From a virus: a DNA stretch of 64,000 nt. Under the pieces are notes generated by a model. The model did no database searches. It was given only the letters and a program-made list of their open reading frames with translations, and was not told where the DNA came from. The stretch lies in IMG/VR virus record IMGVR_UViG_3300047160_025247; one strand, 5' to 3'. Below are positions 1 through 9,594 of the stretch, one piece after another (position 1 is the stretch's first letter; every line of letters starts with the position of its first letter). The position numbers were made by a program, and so were the translations under genes.

Positions 1-2
1 CG

Positions 3-641
3 GCGATCGAGGGCGTCGTCGAGCACCGGTCCGACAAGAAGGAGGTCTTCCACAAGACCATCGCTAGCCTCCAGCCGGGTCACATGGTCCTCTGCCGTGC
101 CAATGCCCCGCTGGTCACCTGCGCTCTTCAGCTGATCGCCATGGGTCGTCGCGCGATGATCAAGGGTCGCGACATCGGCAAGTCGATCACCAAGCTTGTG
201 AACGACCTGATGAAGAAGGCTAGCAGTCAGCAGGTCGAGTCCCTCGCTCGTGTGGTGGTCGATCACCAGACCAAGCAGGTCGAGAAGCTGCGCGCCGCTC
301 GCAAGGATCGCCAGGCCGATCAGCTGGCGGATAAGTGTGAGACGTTGCTCGCGATCATCGAAGGGGCGACGAGCTTCCGTGAAGTCGAGAACCGCATCGA
401 GACCCTCTTCTCGGATCGCACCGAGGCCGGTTCTGTGGTTTTCAGCAGCATCCACCGCGCGAAGGGGTTGGAGGCCGAGACGGTGGTGTGGCTGGGCCCC
501 GAGATCAGCGACTTCATCTCGGAGAAGTGCACCACTGAATCCGCTCGCGCTCAGGAGAAGAACCTCTCCTACGTTGCCATCACGCGTGCTCAGAAGACGC
601 TGATCGTGCAGCCGATGCCTTCTCGCGAGAAGGAGGAGTGA
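3..641 (+). CDS. UvrD/Rep-like superfamily 1 helicase, C-terminal part (5' truncated by window)
   Basis: Frame is open from position 3. Motifs SIHRAKGLEAETV and NLSYVAITRAQKTL match SF1 helicase motifs V and VI. Confidence 0.85.
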   Translation, partial: AIEGVVEHRSDKKEVFHKTIASLQPGHMVLCRANAPLVTCALQLIAMGRRAMIKGRDIGKSITKLVNDLMKKASSQQVESLARVVVDHQTKQVEKLRAARKDRQADQLADKCETLLAIIEGATSFREVENRIETLFSDRTEAGSVVFSSIHRAKGLEAETVVWLGPEISDFISEKCTTESARAQEKNLSYVAITRAQKTLIVQPMPSREKEE

Positions 642-735
642 GTTGTGTTTTCCCCGCAACCCACTATAAGCGCTTCTAGCCTTCGGCCTAGAAAAGGGCC
701 TCGTCTAGTTCTCCTCAGAACTTCCGAGGTTTTCT

Positions 736-1383
736 ATGGAACGACAGGCGCCGGCCTACATCGGGAAGCTTTGCAAGCACGGACACCGACACCTCGGTCG
801 GAATGTCAGTTTGCGCTTCAAGAGCGACGGAGCTTGTGTTGCTTGTCGTCATCGAGCGAAGGCTCGGTGGCTTACAAACAACGGGGACAAGCACCGCGCG
901 CAGAGTTTGGCATCGTACTACCGAAACCGCAAGGTGTTCATCAAGCGGCAGCGCGCCTACCGAAAGACCAAGGCCTGGAAGGTGTATTTTCGCGAGTACT
1001 ACAACCGTCCGGAAGTCAAAGCTCGGTGGCGTGCGGCCGAGAGGCGTTTTCGTCAGACGCCTCGTGGAAAAGCGTATGTAGCGCAGAAGAACTTTCGTCG
1101 CGCATGCCGTATGGCCGGCGCGCCGTTCACGAAGATCCCGCTTTCCGTCTTGCTCCACGTCCGATCTCTGTTCGGAGGAAGGTGCGCGTACTGCCCGAAA
1201 AAGGCGGATACAATCGATCACTTCATGCCGATCTGCCTTGGCGGCCCTCACAGAGTAGGAAATCTCCTCCCGGCATGTCGGAGTTGCAACGTCAAGAAGA
1301 GTGGTGTACATCCCTCTGCGTGGCTGAAGAACAAGGCCGTCTCCATGCGTAAGCTCCGCAAGGCTTTGAGGAAGACGCTATGA
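736..1383 (+). CDS. HNH homing endonuclease
   Basis: CAYC...DHFMPICLGGPHRVGNLLPACRSCNVKK; very basic N-terminus; more A/T-ending codons than neighbours. Confidence 0.9.
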   Translation: MERQAPAYIGKLCKHGHRHLGRNVSLRFKSDGACVACRHRAKARWLTNNGDKHRAQSLASYYRNRKVFIKRQRAYRKTKAWKVYFREYYNRPEVKARWRAAERRFRQTPRGKAYVAQKNFRRACRMAGAPFTKIPLSVLLHVRSLFGGRCAYCPKKADTIDHFMPICLGGPHRVGNLLPACRSCNVKKSGVHPSAWLKNKAVSMRKLRKALRKTL

Positions 1384-1745
1384 ACCTCCGCCCCGCTCGT
1401 GAGTACTTCGGCGAGACCACCCCGAAGGACGACGTCGTCATCATCCAGATCAAGACGGAGGCGGAGTATTCCGCCGCTGCCAAGGGCCGCCGCGACCGCA
1501 TGCGCGCTCGCCAGGAAGGACTCTACCGCATGACTCCCCACGACTCGATGGGAACCGTGAGCTTCGAGGGCGACCACGGCACCAACTTTGACGAGGCCTG
1601 GCGCCACCGGCAGCGTCTGAAGAAGATTGCCACCATCGCCACCTTCGTGCTGATCATGGCCGCGGTCGTGACCATCGGCTCCCTGGTGGTCGTGGCTCAG
1701 CTCTACGACGACCGCCTGGAACAGCTGTCCCACCCGGCACCTTAG
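1380..1745 (+). CDS. hypothetical membrane protein
   Basis: ATGA overlap with the HNH gene; one hydrophobic segment IATIATFVLIMAAVVTIGSLVVVA. Confidence 0.65.
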   Translation: MNLRPAREYFGETTPKDDVVIIQIKTEAEYSAAAKGRRDRMRARQEGLYRMTPHDSMGTVSFEGDHGTNFDEAWRHRQRLKKIATIATFVLIMAAVVTIGSLVVVAQLYDDRLEQLSHPAP

Positions 1746-1825
1746 TCTGTAGGAAATTTCGACTCCTCTCTACACCACACCGTGCTACTCTAACCGTCGC
1801 ACCCCCTCCACCCACGAGGTACGCC

Positions 1826-2521
1826 ATGCCCTCCTTCACCCGCCCCCTGATCCTCAACCTCCTGCTCGCGCACGCGCTGCTCTTCCTGGCAGGCTTCGCC
1901 TTCAGCGAGGAGAAGCTCCCCGCTGACGCCGCGAAGCTGGTCGAGGCCTTCGACACCGACGCCGCGAAGATGCGCGCCGAGACCGAGAAGGCGATCGAGA
2001 AGAAGGCCGCGCTGCTCGCGAACGCGCTGCAGAAGGCCCAGGACACCGCGACCAAGAAGGGCGACCTGGACGGCGCCATGGCGATCAAGGCCAAGATCGC
2101 CGCGCTCGGCGTGAAGGGCGGCAGCACGGCGCCCGTCGCCGACGCGGCGCGCCTAGTCCACGCTGTGCCGCGCATGACGGGCAAGGAGTGGGACGAGATC
2201 CCCGGCGAGCCGATTGTCGTGCTCGCGACGAAGGCGAGCACCGATACCAGCATCACGCTGTCGGCCGACGACACCTACGTGCTCGTGCCGAACCCTGTCG
2301 ATCAGTGGACCTGCGGACCTGCTGACAAGTATACCAAGGTCCGCTGGGACGCCGGCGAGCAGCACCTCTGCTGGAAGGTCGGCAACGGGGCGATGATGAG
2401 CACGACCGAGAAGGACGGCCTGATCGTTCGCGGCGAGGGTGCGCTGGTGCTCATGGGTGCCGACGCCAACTGCGGCGACAACTGGGGCTCGGTGCGCGTC
2501 AAGATCGTGCGCGCCAAGTAG
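1826..2521 (+). CDS. secreted/periplasmic hypothetical protein (signal peptide, helical region, beta-rich C-terminus)
   Basis: GAGG upstream; signal-peptide-like N-terminus ending AFS; host-like high-GC codon usage. Confidence 0.65.
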   Translation: MPSFTRPLILNLLLAHALLFLAGFAFSEEKLPADAAKLVEAFDTDAAKMRAETEKAIEKKAALLANALQKAQDTATKKGDLDGAMAIKAKIAALGVKGGSTAPVADAARLVHAVPRMTGKEWDEIPGEPIVVLATKASTDTSITLSADDTYVLVPNPVDQWTCGPADKYTKVRWDAGEQHLCWKVGNGAMMSTTEKDGLIVRGEGALVLMGADANCGDNWGSVRVKIVRAK

Positions 2522-2523
2522 GC

Positions 2524-3120
2524 ATGCCCTGGTCGAGAGCTGAGTTCGATCAAGACCAGGCCGCGCTTGCTCTCCTTGGGGGCAAGCGCGGCGGCTTTTT
2601 CGTGGATATCGGGGCAAGCGACGGCGTCGAGCGCAACAACACCGTCGTCCTGGAGCGCGAGCACAACTGGACCGGCGTGTGCGTCGAGCCGGTCGCGAGC
2701 TTCTACGACGCCCTGCGCCGGAATCGCAAATGCTTCACGGTCCACGCCTGTATCGGCGGCGCAGCGCAAGCCGAACGCGGACTCGTTTGCTTCATGGAGG
2801 CAGAGAACAAAGAGCTGTCGCGCATCGGCCCCACCGGGTCGTTGGTCCCGTGCATCACGTTCAACACGCTCATCGAAGCATGCGGAGTGACCGTTGTCGA
2901 TTTCCTCAGCATTGACACGGAAGGCAGCGAGCTGGACATCTTGTCGTCGATCGACTTCGAACGCTTCCTAATCCGCGTCATCACGTTCGAGCATAACGAC
3001 CACTTCGGGCCGCGTGAGAAACGTCGCCGTTTGGCGATTCACCACCTGCTCGAACATCACGGATTCAGCTATGTTCGCGACTGCGGCGTCGACGCAATTT
3101 ACAAAGGCTCTAGGCAATGA
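2524..3120 (+). CDS. FkbM-family methyltransferase
   Basis: FFVDIGASDG...NWTGVCVEP...VDFLSIDTEGSELDIL...VITFEHN. Confidence 0.9.
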   Translation: MPWSRAEFDQDQAALALLGGKRGGFFVDIGASDGVERNNTVVLEREHNWTGVCVEPVASFYDALRRNRKCFTVHACIGGAAQAERGLVCFMEAENKELSRIGPTGSLVPCITFNTLIEACGVTVVDFLSIDTEGSELDILSSIDFERFLIRVITFEHNDHFGPREKRRRLAIHHLLEHHGFSYVRDCGVDAIYKGSRQ

Positions 3121-3770
3121 CCAACCCCGTCTTCTCCCCGTGGAACGCCGGTCTCGGCGACCAGATCGCCACCATCTCTCTGCTCGCGCGCCGTGCCGAG
3201 GCCAGCGGGGAGAAGGTTCATCTTTCCGACCAAGGGAACCTTCGTCGTCTTCACCATGAGCTGATTACGGTGCTCGCTCCGTGTGACGTCGTGCTTCACG
3301 ACGCGCCTGGAACCGTTCAGCTGAGCGGCTTCGACGTCTGGGCCGCGGAGCCGTGGCCCGTCGCCGAGCAGTACCGGTGGACGAAGAACCTCTCTCACCA
3401 CTACTTCGTTTATCAGTTCGACGGCATCAGCTCCGCAAAAGAGAAAAATCCTCCAGACCACGACGTCGCCGATATATTCCGTGCTATGAACGGTCTCGGT
3501 ATGCAAGGCGTCGCGCTCGGACACCATCTATCGATCAAGCAGTGTGTTCTCGCCATGCAGAACGCTGCGTTCTTCGTCGGCTGTGATTCAGGATTCTCGC
3601 ACCTCGCGCATTGTGTCGGCATGCCGACGTTCATTCTCGAATACCAGTTGCCGATCGTGACGACGCATCGGAATAAGCCGCACATTCCTTGCGCCGGTGC
3701 AAGAGATTTCATCGATCACAAACTGAAGACGTGGATCTCCTACAGAGATTTCCTCGGCCTCGGCCTGTAG
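3117..3770 (+). CDS. GT-B glycosyltransferase, GT9 (heptosyltransferase)-like
   Basis: AAFFVGCDSGFSHLAHCVGMPT matches the GT9 DSG..H motif. Confidence 0.7.
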   Translation: MTNPVFSPWNAGLGDQIATISLLARRAEASGEKVHLSDQGNLRRLHHELITVLAPCDVVLHDAPGTVQLSGFDVWAAEPWPVAEQYRWTKNLSHHYFVYQFDGISSAKEKNPPDHDVADIFRAMNGLGMQGVALGHHLSIKQCVLAMQNAAFFVGCDSGFSHLAHCVGMPTFILEYQLPIVTTHRNKPHIPCAGARDFIDHKLKTWISYRDFLGLGL

Positions 3771-3793
3771 AGGGTCACGGCGAAAGCCGTTGC

Positions 3794-3822
3794 TTGACTT
3801 CACTATGTAGTCTCTCCATAGT
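3794..3822 (+). promoter_or_regulatory. sigma70-like promoter
   Basis: TTGACT-N17-CATAGT, followed by GGAG and the ATG at 3861. Confidence 0.55.
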
Positions 3823-3860
3823 CGCGGGCCTACCCTAATCCCCATCACGGAGAGATCCTC

Positions 3861-5096
3861 ATGGCGTGGAAGTTCAATCAGCCCGGCGCGGGAGCGCCGG
3901 CCGCGCAGCCCGCTGCTGCCGCCCCGCAACCTGCCGCCGCATCCGCAGTGACCGCGCCGGCTCAGCATCCGCTCGCGCCGCCCACCGCGCTGCCTGCGAT
4001 GCAAACCCCGCCGGCGGCTCAGCCTCCGGCCGCCGCCGAGCCCGCGCCGAAGCAGCCGCGCAAGCGGCGCAGCGCGTCCGAGATGGCCGCCGCCGCGCCG
4101 GCCCCGACCGCTCCCGCCGCGCAGCCGGCCGCCGTCATGCCGCAGCTGCAGACCGCCGCTCCGACCGCGCCCGCCGCGGCGCCGGTTACTGTACCGGCTC
4201 AGCCCCTGGCCGTCATCCCCGCGCAGGCCTCGGCCGGGCTCCCCGCCGTCCTGCCGGCCGGCGGCTGGCTGACGATGTTCACCCCGCAGGATCCGTCGCG
4301 TACCTCCGGCTCCGCGGTCATCGCCGCGGCGTCGCAGAAGGGTGGCGAGCCCAACATCTTCCCGACGGTGTACCTCACCGGCGGCGACCAGGGCGGCATG
4401 CTCGACTACGACGAGATGAACGAGGAAGGCAGCGACGACGCGCTCCCGACCGGCCGCAAGCCGTTCGGCGCGATCCTGATGACCTACCGTCACGTCGTGC
4501 TCGGCTGGCCGCGTGGCGCCAACCCGAACGGCCCGAAGGTGCAGCCGCGGTTCCGCGGCATCATCGGCGCGCTCAACCCGGCCGAGGCCGACATCGCGAC
4601 CAACGCGCAGCGGAAGTACCAGTTCCGCCAGGGGCGCCCGAAGGACAAGGGCGCGCCGGAGCCGTTCTACGACTCGCTGTGCCACCCGGCCATGGCCGTC
4701 GAGGCGCTGCTGTTCGAGCCCGAGGCCGGCATCATGGTGGTGCGCTCGACGTTCACCTTCGAGTCGATGAGCGCGACCACCGCGCAGATCAACGGCGCCT
4801 TCCCGAAGAACGAGAAGGGCCAGCCGATCATCTGCGGCACGCCGGTGACCGTGCAGCCGCGCAGCTGGAAGGTCGAGAGCAAGAGCCAGCCGAACGGGTG
4901 GCTGGAGCACGGTGTGGACTACACGCCGGCGCCGGCGCCGCTCTCCGCCGAGATGCAGCAGGTGGTGGCGGCCTTCCAGGGCTTCTACCAGCAGGCCGGC
5001 ATGAACCAGGAGCTGTTCGCCGCGCTCAGCGAGTGGGCCAAGCACACGCTCAGCCAGCACGACCTCGACGTCCTGCAGCAGATCATCAACGGCTAG
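3861..5096 (+). CDS. hypothetical protein with a long Pro/Ala-rich N-terminus and a globular C-terminal domain (possibly ssDNA-binding)
   Basis: GGAG RBS, strong GC3 bias. The function is only a guess from its position before DNA-metabolism genes. Confidence 0.6.
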   Translation: MAWKFNQPGAGAPAAQPAAAAPQPAAASAVTAPAQHPLAPPTALPAMQTPPAAQPPAAAEPAPKQPRKRRSASEMAAAAPAPTAPAAQPAAVMPQLQTAAPTAPAAAPVTVPAQPLAVIPAQASAGLPAVLPAGGWLTMFTPQDPSRTSGSAVIAAASQKGGEPNIFPTVYLTGGDQGGMLDYDEMNEEGSDDALPTGRKPFGAILMTYRHVVLGWPRGANPNGPKVQPRFRGIIGALNPAEADIATNAQRKYQFRQGRPKDKGAPEPFYDSLCHPAMAVEALLFEPEAGIMVVRSTFTFESMSATTAQINGAFPKNEKGQPIICGTPVTVQPRSWKVESKSQPNGWLEHGVDYTPAPAPLSAEMQQVVAAFQGFYQQAGMNQELFAALSEWAKHTLSQHDLDVLQQIING

Positions 5097-5191
5097 AAAT
5101 TTCTCCCTTCGCCGACGGTTGCGGTTGATGACCGACCGCTGTGCTCATCACACTGACGGGTAACCGTCGGCGAAGGGGAACCTCTTTCTAG
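5094..5191. other. long intergenic stem-loop
   Basis: TCCCTTCGCCGACGGTT (5104-5120) pairs with AACCGTCGGCGAAGGGG (5162-5178); inner TGATGA/TCATCA stem; outer TAGAAA/TTTCTA stem. Confidence 0.7.
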
Positions 5192-5203
5192 GAATCACCC
5201 ATC

Positions 5204-5578
5204 ATGGACCTCAGCGACCCCGAGAACCACATGCTCAACAACTACACCTACCCCGTCGCCAAGATCCTCGCGATCGTGAAGAAGAATCGCGATCTGCACA
5301 AGAAGGAGTTCGACCAGGCCTTCCTGGGCTACCGCAAGAAGATGATCGCGAAGACGCGCGAGATGCTGGTGGCCGCCGAGAACTACCAGGACGTGCCGCA
5401 CCACATCGATCTCGTCCGTCCCGAGAACCACCTCGCCGAGTACGACCGCGCGATCCAGATGTTCTCGCTGACCAACCAGAAGAAGGTCACGCTCGACTCG
5501 GCGACCTTTGCACAGCTGATCATGGACGAGTGGTCGTGGAAGCAGTCGTTCACCGCCACCAACGCTCGCTACAAGTAG
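5204..5578 (+). CDS. hypothetical phage protein
   Basis: AGGA upstream, clean codon bias, helical 124-aa product. Confidence 0.7.
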   Translation: MDLSDPENHMLNNYTYPVAKILAIVKKNRDLHKKEFDQAFLGYRKKMIAKTREMLVAAENYQDVPHHIDLVRPENHLAEYDRAIQMFSLTNQKKVTLDSATFAQLIMDEWSWKQSFTATNARYK

Positions 5579-5631
5579 ACCGGGTAGCTCCCGGTCTGCA
5601 TTCCCACCCCGAGGCTATTTCAGGAGTCATC

Positions 5632-6012
5632 GTGAGCGACACCCCGCCCCCGGTCGAATCGATCGGCCCGCTGCAGACCGAGATCATGCTCCACATCTGG
5701 GAGGACTCGGGGCGCGGGTGGACGGTGCACGACGTCCACAACCTGCTGAACCAGCAGCGGAGCGAAGCCGCGAAGCCGCAGCTGGCCTACACCACCGTGC
5801 TGACGGTGATGCGCAATCTGCGGCGGCGGAATCTCCTCTCGCAGCAGGACAACGGTGCCAGAGCGCACATCTTCCGCCCGCTGATCAGCCGCGCCGACTA
5901 CGAGCGGGCGCTCCTGACATCGGTCGCCAGCTCGCTCTACGAGGGCGACGTCGAGAAGTTCGTCGCGGCGGTGATCAAGTTCCGCGATGCCAAGGTGGAA
6001 GCGAAGGTCTGA
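5632..6012 (+). CDS. BlaI/MecI/CopY-family winged-helix repressor
   Basis: GPLQTEIMLHIWE...TVHDV...LAYTTVLTVMRNL...RAHIFRPLISR; GTG start after CAGGAG. Confidence 0.85.
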   Translation: MSDTPPPVESIGPLQTEIMLHIWEDSGRGWTVHDVHNLLNQQRSEAAKPQLAYTTVLTVMRNLRRRNLLSQQDNGARAHIFRPLISRADYERALLTSVASSLYEGDVEKFVAAVIKFRDAKVEAKV

Positions 6013-6013
6013 C

Positions 6014-6964
6014 ATGAAACCGATCGTCCGCGTCATCGCCCACACCACCTTCCTCGGCGTTCCGCCGGATCTACTCGGCATCGCGCCGGAGAAGGTCGGC
6101 ACACCCGAGGGCTCCGATGCGCTGCGCTGCCAGCGCGGAGCGATCTGGCTGAAGGAGCAGGACCGCGGCACCGACGCCGAGCGGCTCGTCGAGTGCGCCG
6201 GCCGCACCTGCTACGACAGCTACGGTCGCGGGCGCCCGAGCACCGACTACCACAAGCACATCATGGACGTCGACCACGGCTCGGTCACCGAGCATGCGTG
6301 GATCAGCTTCTTCCTCAGCGGCATTAGCCGCGGCCTGACGCACGAGCTGGTCCGCCACCGCGTCGGCGTCGCCATCAGCCAGCGCAGCACGCGCTACGTC
6401 GACGAGAACGAGAGCGCGTGGATGTGGCATCCGCTCATCCAGGCCTTCGTCGCGCAGGAGGAGCCCAAGCGCGCCGGCAACGGTGAGCTGGTCGAGCTGG
6501 GCATGGATCGCGAGTGCAAGCACGTCAAGTCGACAGCCGACCAGATGTACAAGAAGGTCGTCGCCAAGCTCGAAGAGTGGCTGACCACGAGGGGCACCGA
6601 CCGACTCACAGCCCGCAAGCAGGCCCGCGGCGCCGCGCGAGGTCTGCTCGGCAACGCGCTCATGACCGAGATGGTGTGGAGCTGCAACATCCGCGCTCTG
6701 AAGACCGTGCTCGCGCAGCGCGCGAAGGCCGCGGCCGACGCGGAGATCCGCGTACTCGCGAACATGCTCTACGAGGCGGCGCTGCCGCACTGGCCGACCT
6801 ACCTCGGCTGCTACGAGAAGCGTGAATGCCCGGACGGCATCGGCTACGAGCTGGTGATCCCGCCGAAGCCGGAGATTCTCAACGAGCGCGAGAAGACGCT
6901 CATGACGGAGATCGCTGAGCTGAAGAGTGAGCTGCGGATCCTGAAGAACGGCGCGACTGGTTGA
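6014..6964 (+). CDS. thyX: flavin-dependent thymidylate synthase
   Basis: HGSVTEH, ISRGLTHELVRHR-X7-SQRSTRY signature, and AEIR. Confidence 0.95.
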   Translation: MKPIVRVIAHTTFLGVPPDLLGIAPEKVGTPEGSDALRCQRGAIWLKEQDRGTDAERLVECAGRTCYDSYGRGRPSTDYHKHIMDVDHGSVTEHAWISFFLSGISRGLTHELVRHRVGVAISQRSTRYVDENESAWMWHPLIQAFVAQEEPKRAGNGELVELGMDRECKHVKSTADQMYKKVVAKLEEWLTTRGTDRLTARKQARGAARGLLGNALMTEMVWSCNIRALKTVLAQRAKAAADAEIRVLANMLYEAALPHWPTYLGCYEKRECPDGIGYELVIPPKPEILNEREKTLMTEIAELKSELRILKNGATG

Positions 6965-7968
6965 TGCCGGCCCTCGTCCGTCCCTGGAAGCCTCGCGCGA
7001 GCAGCATCGGCACCTACATCCGCTGCGAGTGGCGAGGACTGCATGACCGCCTGATCGACGACGGCACGATCCCGGCGCCGATGCGTCTGCCGTCGTCGCT
7101 GCGCGAAAACCGCGACAGCCCCAACGCGAGCCTCGGCGTCTGCGAGCACTTCATTCTGCAGGATGGCCTGCGCTGCGTGTTCGCGCCGAAGGATCTGAAG
7201 TACCTCGATTTCGACAAGATCGAGCTGTCGACGTCGATGGAAGGCCTCTCCCGCGAGGAGAAGGAATTCGCCGAGTACTGCGACGTCATGTTCGGCGGCG
7301 ACATCGACGCGACCAAGGTGGCCTACGAGCGCGGCGATCCGCGCGTGCACCAGCCACTGCCGTCGGAGTGGAAAGAAGCGGCGACGCTCTTCGACAACGA
7401 TATGGAGCTGACGCAGGAGCAGGCCCGCAAGACCGCCACGCTCGCCGCATCGAAGCTCCCGAAGTCGCCGGACGGCAAGCCGTGGCTGAGCGAGACGCTG
7501 CTGGAGAACGATTTTCTCACGGGTCACACCGACTTTCTCAGCCAGGACTACAGCGTCGTCGGCGATCTGAAGACCACGGCGAAGCCGATGCAGCACGCGT
7601 GGATCAAGTACGAGCATCTCGCACAGCTCGCGGCCTACCACATCCTCACCGGCTGCCGTCAATCGTGGGTACTCTACGTCGACAGCATGCGCGCTGCCTG
7701 GTCGTCGATGGTGTGGGTCGACTGGACGAAGCCCGGCATGAAGCGCTACGCCGAACAGGTGGCGGATTTCTGCAAGCTCCTCATGTCGCAGACGATCTTC
7801 GAGACCGCGATGCCGCGGCTCGGCTCGCACTGCTCGGAGACGTGGTGCCCCTACCGGAAGACCTGCTACCAAGAGATGATGCCGCCACAGGGCACGATCT
7901 ACAACGCCGCCGCGGCGCAGCGGCCGACCGGCCAGCTCACCTGGGGCGGCAAGACGGTGGGTGCATGA
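6964..7968 (+). CDS. PD-(D/E)XK nuclease (RecB/Cas4-like phage exonuclease)
   Basis: LTGHTDF...VGDLKTT...QLAAY and a C-terminal C..TWCPY..C cluster. Confidence 0.75.
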   Translation: MPALVRPWKPRASSIGTYIRCEWRGLHDRLIDDGTIPAPMRLPSSLRENRDSPNASLGVCEHFILQDGLRCVFAPKDLKYLDFDKIELSTSMEGLSREEKEFAEYCDVMFGGDIDATKVAYERGDPRVHQPLPSEWKEAATLFDNDMELTQEQARKTATLAASKLPKSPDGKPWLSETLLENDFLTGHTDFLSQDYSVVGDLKTTAKPMQHAWIKYEHLAQLAAYHILTGCRQSWVLYVDSMRAAWSSMVWVDWTKPGMKRYAEQVADFCKLLMSQTIFETAMPRLGSHCSETWCPYRKTCYQEMMPPQGTIYNAAAAQRPTGQLTWGGKTVGA

Positions 7969-8234
7969 CCGAAGTCAAGAAGCAAGGTGAGGCGATCAGC
8001 ATCTGGATCCCCAGCGGGGAGCCGATGAACCTAGCCCGGATCGCGCAGAAGGCGAATAAGGCACAGGAGAACGGCCCCGAGCTGTCGCTGTCCTACATCG
8101 TGAGGACGCTGCTGAAGGCGTACGAAGGAGGCTTGGCCGTTCCAGGCTTGCCTCGCATTGGCATGTCCGAAACTACGGACACGCAGCGAGGAGCCCATGG
8201 GCCAATCCGACAAGACGTACGTCGTCACCATTGA
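7965..8234 (+). CDS. small hypothetical protein, possibly ribbon-helix-helix DNA-binding
   Basis: ATGA overlap; ISIWIP strand followed by two helices (LSLSYIVRTLL). Confidence 0.5.
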   Translation: MTEVKKQGEAISIWIPSGEPMNLARIAQKANKAQENGPELSLSYIVRTLLKAYEGGLAVPGLPRIGMSETTDTQRGAHGPIRQDVRRHH

Positions 8235-8439
8235 GCAGTTCCTCAAGCACCTGTCGAAGCACTCGGTGAACTTCCCGGCGAAGGACATCGCCGAGAAAGC
8301 CAATCTCCCGCGCTCGATCGTCTACAACGCGCTCGATGGTCAGAATGTCACGCTGAAGACGCTGCGGGCGCTGGCGAAGACGCTCGGCTGCGAGGTCGTG
8401 ATCATGGTGAAGCCGGGGGCGAGCAAGCTCCGTCCTTGA
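8197..8439 (+). CDS. Cro/C1-type HTH protein
   Basis: KDIAEKANLPRSIVYNALDGQNVTLKTLRALAKTLGC; GAGGAG RBS. Confidence 0.8.
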   Translation: MGQSDKTYVVTIEQFLKHLSKHSVNFPAKDIAEKANLPRSIVYNALDGQNVTLKTLRALAKTLGCEVVIMVKPGASKLRP

Positions 8440-8470
8440 GTACTGTAACAAGTAACGTAACCTTCGGCGC

Positions 8471-8851
8471 ATGCAGCCGGAGGCAAAGTTCAAGAAGGCG
8501 CTGATCAGCGCTTACCTCGAAATTTTCCCGAACGGCTGGCACAACTACAACCCAGCCAACCGCCGCATCGGGATCCCCGACCTCTATTTCACGCTGCCGC
8601 ATTCAGTGCATGGCGTGCCGCTGTGGATCGAAGCGAAGGTCAAGACCAAGGTCACGCCTATTCAATACGCGGTGCTCGCGAAGCTGAGGCGAGCTGGCAA
8701 CGTCGTTCGAATCCTTCGGGCCAGCGGCATGGATGAACCCAAGCACGAGCGACGCGTCATCCTCAGCGACTACACCGGCAACTACTTCACAACGTTCCTG
8801 TGGGCTGAGATGAAATCTCTGAACTTCTGGGAAGCGATGCAGGTGCCATGA
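8471..8851 (+). CDS. VRR-NUC / Holliday-junction-resolvase-like nuclease
   Basis: EAKF...GIPDL...LWIEAK...TPIQ...LRRAG. Confidence 0.75.
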   Translation: MQPEAKFKKALISAYLEIFPNGWHNYNPANRRIGIPDLYFTLPHSVHGVPLWIEAKVKTKVTPIQYAVLAKLRRAGNVVRILRASGMDEPKHERRVILSDYTGNYFTTFLWAEMKSLNFWEAMQVP

Positions 8852-9594
8852 CTGTTTTCTTCATCCTCCTCTGCATCGCCGGCTGGTTCATCCTCGGCCT
8901 CGTGCTGCTGAACCTTCGCTATGGGTTGATCAAGAAGATCTTCAAGTCGACGAGCGCGGTGCCGTGGGCGTCGACGCGCGCATTCAAGACGCTCGGCATG
9001 GACCACGGTCACACGACGCTGATGTTCGTCAGCCGTCACGACATCGCGGAGTGCGGTCTCACCTGTCCGCGCTGCCGTACCGTCGTCGCCGAGCGCGGCG
9101 ATTTTTCTGGCGTGCGTCGCGCGCTCGTGAACGGCATCGAGAACGAAGTGCTCAAGTGCCCTGGCCGCGTCGTGGTCGACGATATGGATCAACCGTGCCC
9201 GGAGTGGCTCGCCGCGAGCCCCGACACCGAGCATGGCGATCACCTCGGCCCCGACGGCAACGTGAGCGTGGATCCTATCCACGATCAGCCTGAGTTCTAC
9301 CGCTTCAAGCGCATCTCGCCCGAGCAGGCGCTGCGCGAGAAATACGGTGTCGACATCGTTCCCACCGAGGATCAGATCGGCGTGCAGATCGCCGACGACA
9401 CCGTCGTCCCGGCCGAACCGGTGAAGACCAACAGACACGACGTGCTCGCCGGCGAGGAGCTGCAGAAGGCAATCCAGGCAGAACTCGCGAAGCAAGACCA
9501 CGAGAAGGTGCTCGCGGCCGAGCCGCCGGCACCGATCGATCCCGACGCTACCCCCATCACCGGCCTTCCCACGAACAAGGACAGCCATGTCTGA
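8848..9594 (+). CDS. membrane-anchored hypothetical protein with a CxxC zinc-ribbon-like segment
   Basis: N-terminal TM helix; LTCPRC, KCP and PCP motifs. Confidence 0.6.
   Translation: MTVFFILLCIAGWFILGLVLLNLRYGLIKKIFKSTSAVPWASTRAFKTLGMDHGHTTLMFVSRHDIAECGLTCPRCRTVVAERGDFSGVRRALVNGIENEVLKCPGRVVVDDMDQPCPEWLAASPDTEHGDHLGPDGNVSVDPIHDQPEFYRFKRISPEQALREKYGVDIVPTEDQIGVQIADDTVVPAEPVKTNRHDVLAGEELQKAIQAELAKQDHEKVLAAEPPAPIDPDATPITGLPTNKDSHV

Noticed and set aside
84-641. ATG at 84 as the helicase start
   Set aside because: The frame is open to the window edge and only the C-terminal helicase motifs are present, so the gene starts upstream.
1826-2521. Assignment of a specific host phylum
   Set aside because: High GC, KdsB, BlaI and the secreted protein hint at a Gram-negative high-GC host, but nothing in the window is diagnostic without searches.
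3588-5060. Long antisense and alternative-frame ORFs (e.g. 3588-5060 minus, 3866-5128 plus, 24203-25354 plus, 39597-41117 minus, 58707-60995 plus)
   Set aside because: These are shadow ORFs typical of high-GC DNA. They are Arg/Gly/Ala-rich without motifs and overlap genes with clear motifs, RBSs and GC3 bias.
6964-7968. Cas4 / CRISPR system
   Set aside because: There are no cas1/cas2 genes or repeat-spacer array. PD-(D/E)XK nucleases of this type are common phage recombination genes.
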